64,000 nt of DNA, from the NCBI GenBank assembly GCA_032718475.1, contig JAUCBJ010001621.1, forward strand, positions 31,492 to 95,491, written 5' to 3'. Positions within the stretch are counted from its first letter, which is position 1; each line of letters begins with the position of its first letter. Below are positions 35,339-47,846 of this stretch, piece after piece. The notes beneath the pieces are model-generated. The model was not told the origin of the DNA and searched no databases. It saw only the letters and a program-made list of their open reading frames with translations. The translations under genes and the position numbers were made by a program. The stretch comes from Nemertoderma westbladi (Eukaryota > Animalia > Xenacoelomorpha).

Positions 35339-37532
35339 TGTTAAACAACCGCGACACCTATACTAACAGCAGAACTGTTGAACAGACAAATACCCGTATA
35401 CCTCTCTGCCAACCTAATGAGCTCTCGCCTAACCAATAAGACACAAAGACTGCTCTACTGTTAAGTAAAGGGGATCAGGAGCGTGCTATTACTAAATTGT
35501 AAAGGTTGCTAAATACAAAACCGCTACTTACCGTTGGATGGCGCTAATCTGTCGTCCGCTAATATATTTTACTAAATTTACACAGCTCCTGCAAAATCGC
35601 TTGTTCCTTTCTCTACCGATCGCTCGATAGAGAGCTAACTGTTCGAATCTATGAGCCACGCGGGAATAACCAAAACAATAAACCCGAGTCGGCTCCCTAA
35701 GCTTACTTAAGACGAGTGCGAGGGGCTTTGCACTCAGAGTATATTCTTACGCCTAATTTTACTACTGTTGAAGTACGCTAATGCCTACGTCTTTTCTAAT
35801 CGCGAATACTGGGGTTTCCCTAACGGAATGTGTGAATGCGAGAATATTTAAATAAATCAAAATTGGTACAGTACAATGTCTTTCGTAGGTGATACCACTC
35901 CGGGTCTAAACTTGCCTGCAGCTGACTTTAGGCCAGCAACTTACTAGTGTCTTGCGTACTGACTATTGCGATCTAGCTTATTGCCCGCTAATGCAAATAA
36001 CCGCTTAGCGTGAATAGTTTACGGTACTCTAAATTATTACCTTAGCTACTCTCCGCTATGCTGCGTACTAATTCTTAATTTTACTAATTAATTACAGTCA
36101 CAAATATGTAACAGCCTAAAATACTGTATTACTTTGACCTAATCAGTAATTATTTACGGTAAACTAAGAGATAGAATCAATCAAAGGGAAAAGAGCGCCT
36201 ATCTAAGCATTCGTAATCATAGGCACACTTTAGTAACACACCAATCAGCGTCAGCAATCACAGATCACAATAGCACGACTTGCAATTATACAATCTGCAA
36301 TTATATAATTCGCAACATAATAATTCGCAATTGACTAATTCGCAATCTACTTACTCGCAACTTACTTACTTACTGTAAGGTATGCAGGCCCCTCCCGGGT
36401 ACATCTAGGCTTCCTAACTAACCCAATTCCTGCCCCCTAATATTAAATAGAGACAAAACCTTGGATCATCAGCCCCCTAATTACTGTACCGGCGAGCGGT
36501 CTCCAACCCACAGTCCAAACTGCCCGACCGCAACGTTGACCCCCGCCAGCGTTGCCCGCTTTTGAATCCTCCGCTCTCCCTTAGTCGCTCAACCCCCCGA
36601 TGTGCCCACCGCCCACTGGCGCCTTAGCCCTCCATTATGCTAATAGCTACCGTAGCGGCGCATGCAAATCACAAAGTCTGACAGTCTCAGAAATCCCTTA
36701 GGATTATTGCGCAGAAAAGAATCACATAGAACCATTAATCAAAAGGTAGAAATCATAGTTCAGTTGTAATTAGCAGTAATCGAAGGAATTAATTGAGAAA
36801 CACAAGCAAGAGTAATCGCACTAGCAAATCATTTCAAGAAATTAATCAAATTTAGCAAATTGCAGAAAATACGCTAAAAATTGAATAGAGACAGCTCAGC
36901 AAGTACAAGGTGATAGCAGATCATGTGAGGTGATCATGTGAGGTTCTACCGGCACACCGCCAATTTATAGGTGATCCGGATGGGGTGATGCAATAGGGTG
37001 ACGCAATCGCTCTCCTATTGGCTCTCCAGTCCGCGCTAGCATTAGACCAACCTGGAAGCAGCTAGTCCAATAAGGAGGCCGGATTGTAGCCCTATTGCCT
37101 GCCCAAACCTCAAATTATTACCATATATGGTAATGGTTCACGTCCCTGGCTGCTGAATGGCCAGGACAGCGTCCCTATATGCTAGCCCTATTGAAGCTAA
37201 TATCAGCAAGCACAAAATCCAGGGTCCGAATAAACTCGCTACCCTGGAACTATCTACATATATCCTAATACAAAATTACGTAGGTAGGGCTACATATTAT
37301 ACAAAATGGATGGATTCAAATATATGGGTGTTTCGATTTCCCTATCTAAATATCATTGCGTTATTATGCCTTATCTAAAATATTATGCTGCACAACAGAC
37401 TAATATTACATACAGTATAACGGACTAATATTGCATACTGCATAACGACTAATATTGCATACTGCATAACGACTAATATTGCATACTGCATAATGACTAA
37501 TATATGTGGATACAGCGCCATATACCGTAACA
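35339..37532 (-). repeat. 3' LTR (about 2.19 kb)
   Basis: Direct repeat of 49636-51804 with termini TGTTA...TAACA. Confidence 0.95.
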
Positions 37533-38339
37533 CCGCTCCAAGGGAAATCATATAATGTTTCCCTCCAATTGTAGAAGAGTATAAGGTGATGTATACAAAA
37601 CAAAATAAATTTCTTCCAACCAATCTAAACACTTGATACTATAAATCCTACTATTTACAAATATTGCTATAGATATTGCATAATGAATTACATACAAATT
37701 AAATTTACAAAAATATTATCTCTCTCATTGTTTAACGATTATTACATACAAATTAAATTTACAAAATATTGTTTCTCGTTCGTGCTACATAATGATTACT
37801 ACATACAAAATTAAATTTACAAAAATATTACTTCCTTTATTTATTTACAAATTAACGGTCTACATATTGAAATGGAACATGGCTAGGACAATGTCCCCCA
37901 TTTCCCATCTCAAATTAACGATCAACATTAACAAAATAAACTAAATATAAACGTATTTGAGGCTAAATTTTTAACTAAATTGCATTAAAGGCCGATAATC
38001 AAATTAAATATAAATACGTAATAATTTCTTTCATTTTCGGACTTTACTTAATTTCTTATAAAACGAAAATCATCTTGGTTTGATGATTACTCAGGTAAGT
38101 GATAGGAGTAATCCAAACCCGCGGGTTTGTCTCCCCAATCACTTCCTTTGCCTCTTTCAATAAACTTTAGAGCAAATAAAGTCATATACACAAAATCAAA
38201 TATAGTATAAAGTATTTACTATTTCCAACGGACTACAAAATAAAAGTATTTCCTTTCAATATTTTTCGGCCTTCGAAAATAAAATTCTAAAACATGGATA
38301 CGACTAGTGTATATGAGTCCAGTCGAATGATTGATCAAA

Positions 38340-39476
38340 ACCTATGATATTCATGATATCAGAGCGACGATGATGTATATGTCTAGAGTCTGTCGCTCCG
38401 TGATATTATAGTCTCATCGGCTAGCTCCTGGGTCTCTCGGGCTCGCTCCCCTCTCCAGATACACCAGTCTACCCCCTGTAGACTCTGTTGACGGCGTCTT
38501 TGAGGCGTCACTTCCCGGAACCGGCGACGACGTTCCCTAGGCACCGACTATCTCCCGACTGGTGCTCCTCCCTCGGCCTCGTCCCATTTGCCGTGTCCCT
38601 GTGGGCGCCTCCGCCAACTCCTTTTCTTCAACCGTAGAATAGAACTGCTCGTCCTTGGCTTGACGCTTGCCAAGGACTCCTCCTTCTGGTATTTGCCGCG
38701 AGCTGTGAGCTCCGGCTGTTGTCTCTGTGGGCGCGGCGGTCCTGATCCTCCACTCGTTCAGAGGTCAATGACCCCAAACGAGTCTCCTTAGGCCGCCAAT
38801 TGTGCGCTGGGTAATAAATCTAGACGTATATATCAGAGCGACGATGATATATAAAGGATTGGACATATTCGGGCTTAATAATGCGTTCGTCGAAACTTCC
38901 CGAAATAATTTGGAGTAAATATCGTATAAACCGCGGATCGTGGGTATAGTTAGTAGACGGATGGACGGCGCGAATCTCGTCTGGATACTCAGGCGTGACC
39001 TTCCTTTCCTGGTGAAGCGAAGTGAACGTGGTCCAGGAACTCGAGTCCCGTACCGCTTCGCGCCGCGCCTCTAGGTCCTTATAGGCTCGGTATAGCGAAA
39101 TGGCCGCCGCCGTGTCTATGCCGTGTCGAACAGGGTTTAATCTCCGTATACGGATCTAAAGTCGTAACGGTCGGCGTAATGGGTCTCGGAGGTCGCTTTC
39201 CACTGAAGTCGATACTGATCATCGGGTTGCTCATCGGGTAACCTCCCTCGTATATCTAAGGAACTGGTGAGCTTGACAACGCGTTAATATCGGTTCTGGA
39301 TGTTGCTCGTCTAGTCGGTCGGGAATCGTGGGTTTGTATTTCCCATTTAGCTCCATCACCGACCGCCCATGGTAGTAAACGTTCGAATCTTTACATCCCG
39401 GTCGCGCGAATGGTAACTCCGCCTCCTCTCTGGCAGTAAATCCTCTGCGCGGTTGCGCTCTAATATCCTTCTCCAT
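38340..39476 (-). pseudogene. Frameshifted accessory ORF downstream of integrase, function unknown
   Basis: GC-rich coding-like segment; open stretches MEKDIRAQ..., LPDEQPDDQYRLQW..., GIDTAAAISLYRAYKDLEARR... and IYYPAHNWRP... in shifting frames. Confidence 0.5.
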
Positions 39477-40238
39477 TATGCCCCGCGTATATACATATAT
39501 ATCCCAATAAGTGTTCCGTTACGCAAACCAATTACACTGTGGGTAATCAGTTAGATGTCGCCGAAGGACAGACCTCCCGAACCCCCCCCCGCTGCCTTCC
39601 AGCAGTTCAGGTTCGACTCTCTAGATCCCGTCTCTTCCTAACTAACTATCCTCTAACCTATTCCCATGCATAGCGCAAAAACCTTGGAGATAAACTGGCC
39701 GTGACCAACTCACTTTTTGATGCCCAAACTACTCCCATTACTCGTACTAAACTACAGTAGTTAGAAAGGACCATTGCCACAATACTCGACTATACCAAAC
39801 CCACAGGTTTGATAATCGAACATCACACATCACTGCAAACTACTGAGTGGGGTCCATGTACGCCTCTGGTGCTACTAACCTTTAGCACCCTAGTTGTACT
39901 GTTGGCACCAATCCGTGGAAGTTGCTAAACTCAATTTACACTCCTACGTAATATAGCCGTCACCATGGTTTCTAAATGCTATTTTCCAGGCTTCACGACT
40001 TTTCAAATTACTGTTTATCTATAGACGAATTCTAAAACGCGTCTATACACAGCGTTTGGAATTGTCTTGGGTTCACTTCTAATTTTCTAAAAATTTAAAA
40101 TTTTCCAAAATTTTGAAAATAAAATTTTGTTTTGATACCCACTAGACAAAACTCAACGCAAATCACCACAACCCCGCTCCTATGCATCTCCTTGTATTTG
40201 CATACGAGGAATGCATACGAAGTGAGTTGCGTCCAACA

Positions 40239-42242
40239 CTAACTCTGTTTTGAGGCAGGAGACAAATTATAATCTCCCGTCTCGATACGTGTCTCCTCTA
40301 ATAACACAATATCTTGGACCGGTCGGTCCAAGGTGTGTAAACCATTAGTTTTACACTTTTTTGGGTGCGGACACTTGCACCTAATTTTCACAGTGACTGT
40401 GCGCACTATGTTTTGCACGTCTGGGTGTGTGTGCAAGATCACTCCTGTCTCCCAATACTTTCTCTTGACAATCGGTTCGGTTATCAATACGTAATCTCCC
40501 CTTTGGAGACTCCGAACCGTTTTGTACCACTTTGTTCTGGTGGATATGGTGGGAAGATAGTATTCCCGCCAATATTCCCAGAATGTGTACGCCACAAACT
40601 GTGTCACCTTCCAGCTTTTACGACTATATAGGTCGGCACTAATGGGTTCTGATGCCGGCACAAGAAATGCTGGACTCTGCATTAGCAAATGATTCGGCGT
40701 TAATGCAACACCGTCTGGCAACATAGCTATCGGCCTCGAGTTTAGGGTATGCTCGATTTCAATGAAAGCTGTGACCAGTTCGTCGTCGGTAAGTTGTTTG
40801 TTCACAGGCAACGTCTTGGCAATAGCCTGTTTTACAGAGCGAACCAAACGCTCCCAACTTCCTCCTCTCCAAGGACTTTCTGGAGTATTGAATCTCCACT
40901 CTACTCTTTGCGGCAAAAGTGCTGCAGAAATTTCCTTATTCTGTGCCGCTTTATGAGCCGCGTTCAACTCGCTATTCCCTCCGACAAAGTTTGTACCCTT
41001 ATCGGAGTAGAACGCCTTTACTAGTCCTCTCCTGGCCATAAATCTCTTCAAGGCCAGGAGCAGAGATTTGGTCGACATGTCTGCCACACGCTCGATATGT
41101 ATGGCTCTACTCGCCATACATGTCAGTAGCAGACCCCATCGCTTGTGGGTCAGCCGTCCACTCTTTGCTTCAATCGGACCAAAACAATCCACCCCTGTGT
41201 TCGTAAAGGGTGGGTCATATGCCTGCACTCTCGCTTCCGGGAGTTCAGCCATCTCCTGTTCCAATACTCTGGCGTTCACCCTCTTGCAAACCAGACAGGC
41301 GTCGTACATCGTGCCGACTGCCCTGCTTGGCTGCAATAGAATGAATCGCTGTCTCGCTGCCGACAAACAGTGTAACTTTCCCGCGTGATGTAACCGCTTG
41401 TGTATATCCCATAGAATTGCTCTTTGCAATTCTATTGGGTGACTAGGGATTATCACTGGGAACCGAAACTGTGAGTTTATGTCGACAGTCTGGATTCTCG
41501 ATCTATGACAAATCAAACCCTTATGGATTAATGGACTCCATTTTCTAAGAGGTTTATAGAGAACTGGTCGTTGAGCCGATAATAGATGGAATTCTTTAGG
41601 GAAGGCACACATTTGATAGTGTTTCAAATGCTTTAATTCCGCTTGATCAATCTCATCCTCTGTCAGAGGTTGTTTCAATTTCTGAATTCGCTCACTATTG
41701 GCGTTTGATGGTTCTCCTAAATGTTTCGAATGTTTTAAACAAAGGTACGAAACGTATCGGCTTAACCACGCAGTTCTTTTACAAATTGTCAGCCAAGAGG
41801 CAGACGAATTTAGTAATTTGTCATAAATACTGCATGACTCTAATGCCAGCGACGGTTGTCCGCTAACCAATGGAAGTTTCGAATCCAAACCCGCAGGTTT
41901 GGAAACCAAAGGATCCATTGTGTCGGTCATTTTCTGTCCGTCACTTACCAACTGTGACTGTCGTCTAGTCTGTAAGGGTGGTTTTACGTCATAACTTACC
42001 CTTCCTGACCTAGTAGTCACGTAAGTCTGTAGGTCTGACAGGTCTCCGGGCCGCTCCAATGACTCTTCAGGCCGCTCCAATGACTCTTCAGGCCGCTCCA
42101 ATGACTTAAGTTTGGCTTTAGACTTCGACTTAGAGACTTTCTCCACCTTGACTTCTGCATCTTCAGGCATCGGATTGGTCACTATCTTTAGTCGCTCTGG
42201 CCAATGTTCCTGTGTCCTCGTTAGAAAATCAGGTCCATGCAA
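40239..42242 (-). CDS. BEL/Pao integrase region, in frame with the upstream ORF across one TAG
   Basis: WLHGPDFL, HHAG...CLVC zinc finger, GVDCFGP, YSDKGTNF, GGSWERLV and LNSRP motifs. Confidence 0.93.
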   Translation of the reverse strand: MHGPDFLTRTQEHWPERLKIVTNPMPEDAEVKVEKVSKSKSKAKLKSLERPEESLERPEESLERPGDLSDLQTYVTTRSGRVSYDVKPPLQTRRQSQLVSDGQKMTDTMDPLVSKPAGLDSKLPLVSGQPSLALESCSIYDKLLNSSASWLTICKRTAWLSRYVSYLCLKHSKHLGEPSNANSERIQKLKQPLTEDEIDQAELKHLKHYQMCAFPKEFHLLSAQRPVLYKPLRKWSPLIHKGLICHRSRIQTVDINSQFRFPVIIPSHPIELQRAILWDIHKRLHHAGKLHCLSAARQRFILLQPSRAVGTMYDACLVCKRVNARVLEQEMAELPEARVQAYDPPFTNTGVDCFGPIEAKSGRLTHKRWGLLLTCMASRAIHIERVADMSTKSLLLALKRFMARRGLVKAFYSDKGTNFVGGNSELNAAHKAAQNKEISAALLPQRVEWRFNTPESPWRGGSWERLVRSVKQAIAKTLPVNKQLTDDELVTAFIEIEHTLNSRPIAMLPDGVALTPNHLLMQSPAFLVPASEPISADLYSRKSWKVTQFVAYTFWEYWREYYLPTISTRTKWYKTVRSLQRGDYVLITEPIVKRKYWETGVILHTHPDVQNIVRTVTVKIRCKCPHPKKCKTNGLHTLDRPVQDIVLLEETRIETGDYNLSPASKQS

Positions 42243-42263
42243 CCAAAACTCCTGCGACTCTTC

Positions 42264-45200
42264 CTAACAGAATTCCGCCGGCATTGCACCTCTCGAAGTT
42301 ATGTCGGCCGGGTTCAACACTCCTGGACAATGTCTCCATTGTTCCTTCGTCGAAAAATCAACGATCTGAGCGCGTCTATTGGCCACAAATGTCTTTAGTG
42401 CAATATTGTCGGCCGCAATGTATACTAACACCAAGGATGCGTCCGTCCAATAGAATAAGGTCAATGTCGTGTCTAACTCCTCAGTTATTTGCTTACTTAC
42501 CTCGACCGAAACTACAGCCGCCTGTAACTCTGCACGAGGGACAGTCATGTATTTGACCGGCATTGTCTTTGATCTAGAAGTCACAAAGGCCGTCTCAAAT
42601 TTGTCCTGACTTACCTCTCGGCGAAGGTAGGCTACCATACCAAAGCCGGTGTCACTTGCGTCACTGAATAAGTGCAGTTCGAGATCAGCTGGAAATACCA
42701 GCTGATTTGGAAAGTAGGAACGGGGTACGTCTATGTTTTTCAATAGATGTAACTCGGCTTCCCACTCCCTCCACTGCTTTGCATGTATAGGAGATATTGG
42801 TTCGTCCCACTCTACGTCGGACAACCAAATTTTCCTCATGCACGCTCGTGCCTGTAATATTACCGGACTGATAAAGTTCATCGGGTCAAATAGTCTACTT
42901 AATGTCGATAAGCAAATTCTCTTAGTCAAAACTTTGTCTGGGCTACTGGGCTCAAACCTAACTCTTACCTGGAATTTATCCGTGTTCGGATTCCAAGCGA
43001 GTCCCAGTACTCGCGCCATGGGGATTGGTTCTACCCCCAATTCTATGTCTCCGCTCCCGCGATCTTTCACCGGGAACGACTCTAATAGGGCCTCCGAGTT
43101 CGTAGTGAACTTGGTTAGAGGGAAACCCCCTGTAGCCAAGCACTCTTGCAGGCCGTGAGCCACTTCTATGGCTTGTTCCGCCGTGTCCTTGGACACCAAT
43201 CCGTCGTCCATATAGAAGTTTCTCAAGATGGACTCGATTACTTCTACTGGGTACTTACCAATCTGGGCTGTTGCCGTTTTCTTTAAAACGAACAGCGTGC
43301 CATTCGGACTATCGCGGGCGCCAAATATCCTAACGTACATTTGGTATGTAACCACTGGGCCGGATAAGTCTTCATTCTCGTACCAGAGAAATCGAAGGCT
43401 ATCCTGGTCTGCCTTACAGGCTCTTACCTGGTGGAACATCGCCTCGATATCACAAGTAAATGCGAATCGCCGCTGTCTAAAACGCAACAGTATTCCAATC
43501 AAATAGTTATTCAGGTTGGGACCATCCATCAACTCTGAATTCAGGGACATACCTCTATAGACTGCTGCGCAGTCGTTGACTACTCGGACTTTGTCTGGCT
43601 TGTCAGGGTGAGTCACATAGTGGTGTGGAAGGTAATAAGTCTGGTCTGTCACTAAGTCAGGGTCCTCTACCTTCCCAGCAAATCCCTTGGCGAAATAGTT
43701 GTTGATCTGGGCGCAATACTTCTCCCTAATGCCTGGATTCTTCAACAACCGAGCCCTAACTCCGTTTAATCTTTTCAAGGCTAAGTTGTAATTGTTCTCC
43801 AACTTAGGTGGTTGTCGACGCCACAACATTCCAACTTCAAAATGTCCAGTCGGCAGCAGACGTATGGTGTCTTCCATCATCTCCAGCGACCGTTTCTCAT
43901 CAGTAGACATGGCTAGGTCATATCCACCGGGTTCCATTGCGTCCCTATCCAGCCATTTTACGGTTCTGGCTCCTGTCTCGAGGTCCTGGCGTATCAATTC
44001 CTTCTGTAGCTCCTCCTCACTGTATTGGAAAATGTCTAGGTCTCGATATTTAGCCACCTGACCCTCCACTATGTCTGTATAAGTCAAAACGTTAGTCAAA
44101 TAGGTAGCGTGGGCCGCTGAACCAGACCCACGGGTCTGATAACAGTAGTCCTCGGGTTCACTATCTGTCCGGTCGTTGTGAAGTGGTTCCGACAACCTAA
44201 CATTATCGGGAATCAACTCCTCGTCCGACTCGCTAAAGTCACTATAGTGGTCAATACAGGTTCTCCTAAACTCGTCTATGTCTGGTGGTTCTACTAACGG
44301 TGGTTGAGTTATAGGCTGTAATTCGTCGTATCTGTCCATTGGCTTGTCGCCACCTGTAAACTCATAAGACATGGGTACTCGTGTATACCAACCTAATATA
44401 GTCCTATGGGCATGTGGTCCATTGACATGCGGCTCAGCTGGTCTCGTTTCCCATATTTGGTGTGCGATCAGCTGTTCTGCACCAATCAACATAGAAACAT
44501 TCCTATAACCTACCTGGTGTCTGGGTATCCTGAGCTTGTCAAAATACTCCTGTGCTATGGGACTCATCGGCGGCACCTTACCTAACTGCCTGCCGAATCC
44601 CTTCATAGCTAGACACTTAAATCCGTCCAATGGCAAAGCTTTCCGTTCTTGTCGAGTATGTTGGTCTCTCGGAAGTAGGGAATCTAGTTCTACCGAAATT
44701 CTGTGTCCCTTGAGGTCTCCTACCCCATGCATAGACTTCAACTCTATTTGGATCTCCTCGGCGTCCTGGAAGCTAGAAACAGCTCTCGCCACTTCCTCGT
44801 CGATATACGATAATGTGGACGCAGTGTCCAACATCACATATATTCGCTTCGATCCCTTATCGCCAGTAAGTTTCACCGGAATCACGCTAAATATTTCCGA
44901 CGTGGCCGATGATAAATACGTCCGCGCGCTGGTCGATGAACTATCCGCGGTGAAACCTTGGCAGGTCACTTCTCTCGCGCTCGACTCGCCATCCTCGTCC
45001 GACGAACCTGGTTGATAACCATCGTCCTGGATGCCAGTGTACGTATTCCTCCTTATCGATACGGGTTCTTTGCTCCCCTTCCTGTGAGGATTTCGCTGTA
45101 AGTAACGGTCCGTTGGGGTATGGAAATCCGCATGTAGCAACTTGTGATGTAGTCTGCCGCATTCCATGCATCCGTCCTTGCTGTTCGGGCACTGCCGCCG

Positions 45201-46544
45201 TACATGGCCTGGCGCAAGACATGCCCAACAGGTGTCCAACGTCCGCACTTGAACTCTTCTCTGTTCCGAATTTAATTCTTTGAACCGTCTGCAACTATCT
45301 AACTTATGGTCGTCAGATCTTACCTCCTTTAGTAAACAGTATTGGCAACCTACAAATCCATCCGGCAACTCCTGTTGCTTTAACCTAGGTCTATCTAACC
45401 GCTCACCTGACCATACTCGCGAGTCTGATCTAAAGGCTGGGGTATTCGAATTATATCTGTCTACTGAGTTAAATGTCACAGTGGTCCTGTCATCGTCAAA
45501 ACTTACCATAGACTTACCGGTAACAGGTTTAGACTCCCTCATATTCTCTTCTGAGAAGTTTGATTTCATCTCTGCTACTGCGTCTGTGGCTATCATGTCA
45601 TGAATATGCTGAAGTGTCAACACCTTACCTTGGCCCTCCAACTTATTCTCTAATTTGCGCCATTTCTGTCGATAACGCATGTTTAAACGTCTTATTACGC
45701 TTTTCAAAACTTCGGCGTGATCACCATGATGAGGTAGATTCACCGTCCTCAAGATGTCCAATGCGTTCGAAATAGCGTTCGCTAAGTTCAACAGCTCTAA
45801 CGGAGTTGTAATCCTTCCGCCCTTACCCAAGTCTTCTACTATCGACTGCGCCATCTTGGTTTTATTCCCGTAGATGTCACTAAGCGTCTTCATCGCTAAC
45901 TCGAATGCTCTTTCGTTGCCGACGAAGTTATCAGCAATGGCTCTAGGTTCTCGATGGAGCATCTGAAGCAAATAGTTGAACTTCTCGTTGGGAGTAAAGG
46001 TGCTGTTGGTCAGCTGCTCGTCGACATAGGTTTTGAAAGTCCTCCAGTGCTTATGGTTGCCCATAAACTTCTGGGGTTGTTGCGTCGGCAGTCCTTGCCT
46101 AGCAGCAAACTTACCTATGTCCCTAAGGGTTGCGTCGTTCCGGGTTAACAAATGGTTTAGTTCCGCAGGGTTGTTAAGTCTGTTCCTTTCCCGGTGGTTG
46201 AAACTTACCTGCTCCGCGTCCGTCCTTCTTTCCTTATAGTTTCGGGACTTCTGACGTCTCATGTCTTCCTCTTCATCGCTTGACTCGGTGTCAGTCCTTA
46301 GCGCTCGCGATGGTTTGCGCGCCGAGGCCCTGACCCAAGCTTCCTCAATAAATCTTTCCGCCGAATTTTCGAAATTGGGATTATGGATATTCGGGACAGG
46401 CGTCCTTACCTGAGGTCTATGTGGTATAGTCTCCTCCGATATGCGTACTCGTTGACTAGGTTGGACTTTATCTAACTCAGGCCTGCTAGGATTAGAATTA
46501 CTCCTTACCTGGGCTGCTTCCTTTAACCGTAGGTTGCTAAGCAT
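42264..46544 (-). CDS. BEL/Pao gag core, protease, RT and RNase H
   Basis: Gag-like EKFNYL region, triple CCHC-type knuckle, MLDTAS protease, YLPHH, DIEAMF, FYMDD, FSDAS, PRAEL and NPAD motifs. Confidence 0.95.
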   Translation of the reverse strand: MLSNLRLKEAAQVRSNSNPSRPELDKVQPSQRVRISEETIPHRPQVRTPVPNIHNPNFENSAERFIEEAWVRASARKPSRALRTDTESSDEEEDMRRQKSRNYKERRTDAEQVSFNHRERNRLNNPAELNHLLTRNDATLRDIGKFAARQGLPTQQPQKFMGNHKHWRTFKTYVDEQLTNSTFTPNEKFNYLLQMLHREPRAIADNFVGNERAFELAMKTLSDIYGNKTKMAQSIVEDLGKGGRITTPLELLNLANAISNALDILRTVNLPHHGDHAEVLKSVIRRLNMRYRQKWRKLENKLEGQGKVLTLQHIHDMIATDAVAEMKSNFSEENMRESKPVTGKSMVSFDDDRTTVTFNSVDRYNSNTPAFRSDSRVWSGERLDRPRLKQQELPDGFVGCQYCLLKEVRSDDHKLDSCRRFKELNSEQRRVQVRTLDTCWACLAPGHVRRQCPNSKDGCMECGRLHHKLLHADFHTPTDRYLQRNPHRKGSKEPVSIRRNTYTGIQDDGYQPGSSDEDGESSAREVTCQGFTADSSSTSARTYLSSATSEIFSVIPVKLTGDKGSKRIYVMLDTASTLSYIDEEVARAVSSFQDAEEIQIELKSMHGVGDLKGHRISVELDSLLPRDQHTRQERKALPLDGFKCLAMKGFGRQLGKVPPMSPIAQEYFDKLRIPRHQVGYRNVSMLIGAEQLIAHQIWETRPAEPHVNGPHAHRTILGWYTRVPMSYEFTGGDKPMDRYDELQPITQPPLVEPPDIDEFRRTCIDHYSDFSESDEELIPDNVRLSEPLHNDRTDSEPEDYCYQTRGSGSAAHATYLTNVLTYTDIVEGQVAKYRDLDIFQYSEEELQKELIRQDLETGARTVKWLDRDAMEPGGYDLAMSTDEKRSLEMMEDTIRLLPTGHFEVGMLWRRQPPKLENNYNLALKRLNGVRARLLKNPGIREKYCAQINNYFAKGFAGKVEDPDLVTDQTYYLPHHYVTHPDKPDKVRVVNDCAAVYRGMSLNSELMDGPNLNNYLIGILLRFRQRRFAFTCDIEAMFHQVRACKADQDSLRFLWYENEDLSGPVVTYQMYVRIFGARDSPNGTLFVLKKTATAQIGKYPVEVIESILRNFYMDDGLVSKDTAEQAIEVAHGLQECLATGGFPLTKFTTNSEALLESFPVKDRGSGDIELGVEPIPMARVLGLAWNPNTDKFQVRVRFEPSSPDKVLTKRICLSTLSRLFDPMNFISPVILQARACMRKIWLSDVEWDEPISPIHAKQWREWEAELHLLKNIDVPRSYFPNQLVFPADLELHLFSDASDTGFGMVAYLRREVSQDKFETAFVTSRSKTMPVKYMTVPRAELQAAVVSVEVSKQITEELDTTLTLFYWTDASLVLVYIAADNIALKTFVANRRAQIVDFSTKEQWRHCPGVLNPADITSRGAMPAEFC

Positions 46545-46721
46545 GTCCGTTATAGGTTGGATGTGTGGCGATATAGCTTGCGCTAAACTAGCACTTAACT
46601 CATCCCTCGTAATAAATTCCTGGCTAGGGTTCTGTTGTATAGTCGGCTCTATCTGAGTAATCCGCTGTCTCTCATATGATCCCTCTTCCGGTTTAACCCG
46701 GAAGTTCTCCGTCGAACTGGG

Positions 46722-47846
46722 TCAGCGCTCCGTCCGCGTATTCCAAACCCGCGGGTTCGGTACGCCCAATACTCGTCCCGTCGGAGTTTCTTCTCTAAAT
46801 TCTCCATTGTCTCGTTCGGTATACAGTGGTGCGGTGTTCCGATGACGTAGATCCTGCGCGATAGGTGAAGCACTAATACCAACTGGCGTGCGATATGTAG
46901 AGAATGGTTTAGCGATCCGTGTACTCGTAATAGCTGGACCGGGTATAGGAATTCTGGTCGTCGTCGACTCGCGTATAGTCGGAGTTCTCGCTTCCTGTTC
47001 AGCCTTCTGCAGTGCGAACAGTTCTCGCAACTCTGTCCCTACACTCGCCCCACATTCTTCGATCATTCGCATCCCCTTCTCGGCGATTTCATTCGCCTTC
47101 CTAGTCCGTTCTTCGCTCTCTAAACTTAATCTCGCACTTTCCAACTGCGCCAGTTTACGTTCTTCTTCTTCCCTCGCTCGTCTCGCTGCGCTCTCTTCTT
47201 CCACACGCGCCTTTTCTTCATACAACGCTTGTCGCTCTTTCTCGATCTCGAGTTCGCGTTCCTTACGTTCGCGTTCAAGTTGGAATTCGCGTTTCTTCGC
47301 TTCCCGTTCGCGTTCAAGTCGGAGTTCGCGTTCTTTCTGTTCGCGTTCTTTCTGTTCGCGTTCAAGTTGGAGTTCGCGTTCAAGTTGGAGTTCGCGTTCA
47401 AGTTGGAGTTCGCGTTCCTTCTGTTCGCGTTCCGCTTGCTCACGCTTACCTTTCTCTTCCAACTCCCGCAACTTTGCGTCTAACTTACGTGTTCGCTCCC
47501 TTTCCCGCTCGGCTTCCTTCCGTGCTTCCGATGCATGCAAAACTTCTGCCTGTTGTTCGTCCAGTCGGCGTCTTCTCTCCTCCGCCGAGTTGTGAGAAAC
47601 AAGGGATCTAGCACATATAACCTTCCCTCGCGCGTGACTAACCTGGGAATCGCCGCTGTCTCTGGATGCATCGTCGGGTGGAGTCAACGTCCTCTGTTGG
47701 ATGTTCTCCGTCGTCGGTAGCACCTGGCCCGGTACCACCACTCCATTCTGCATCAGCCAGCTAGTAACTTCCCTTTGATACCGGCGCTCTTCTTTATCTT
47801 GGATCTCTTCCCGCTCCACTAAGTCTCTCAACTCTGCGTCACTCAC
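46722..47846 (-). CDS. BEL gag N-terminal extension, coiled coil (ERELQL repeats), frameshifted
   Basis: E/R/K-rich ORF lying between the ATG segment and the gag core. Confidence 0.7.
   Translation of the reverse strand: MSDAELRDLVEREEIQDKEERRYQREVTSWLMQNGVVVPGQVLPTTENIQQRTLTPPDDASRDSGDSQVSHARGKVICARSLVSHNSAEERRRRLDEQQAEVLHASEARKEAERERERTRKLDAKLRELEEKGKREQAEREQKERELQLERELQLERELQLEREQKEREQKERELRLEREREAKKREFQLERERKERELEIEKERQALYEEKARVEEESAARRAREEEERKLAQLESARLSLESEERTRKANEIAEKGMRMIEECGASVGTELRELFALQKAEQEARTPTIRESTTTRIPIPGPAITSTRIAKPFSTYRTPVGISASPIAQDLRHRNTAPLYTERDNGEFREETPTGRVLGVPNPRVWNTRTER

Noticed and set aside
37157-37378. Duplicated 73-aa gene (also 51453-51674; likewise 56021 and 63684)
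   Set aside because: Identity reflects LTR duplication; no coding evidence
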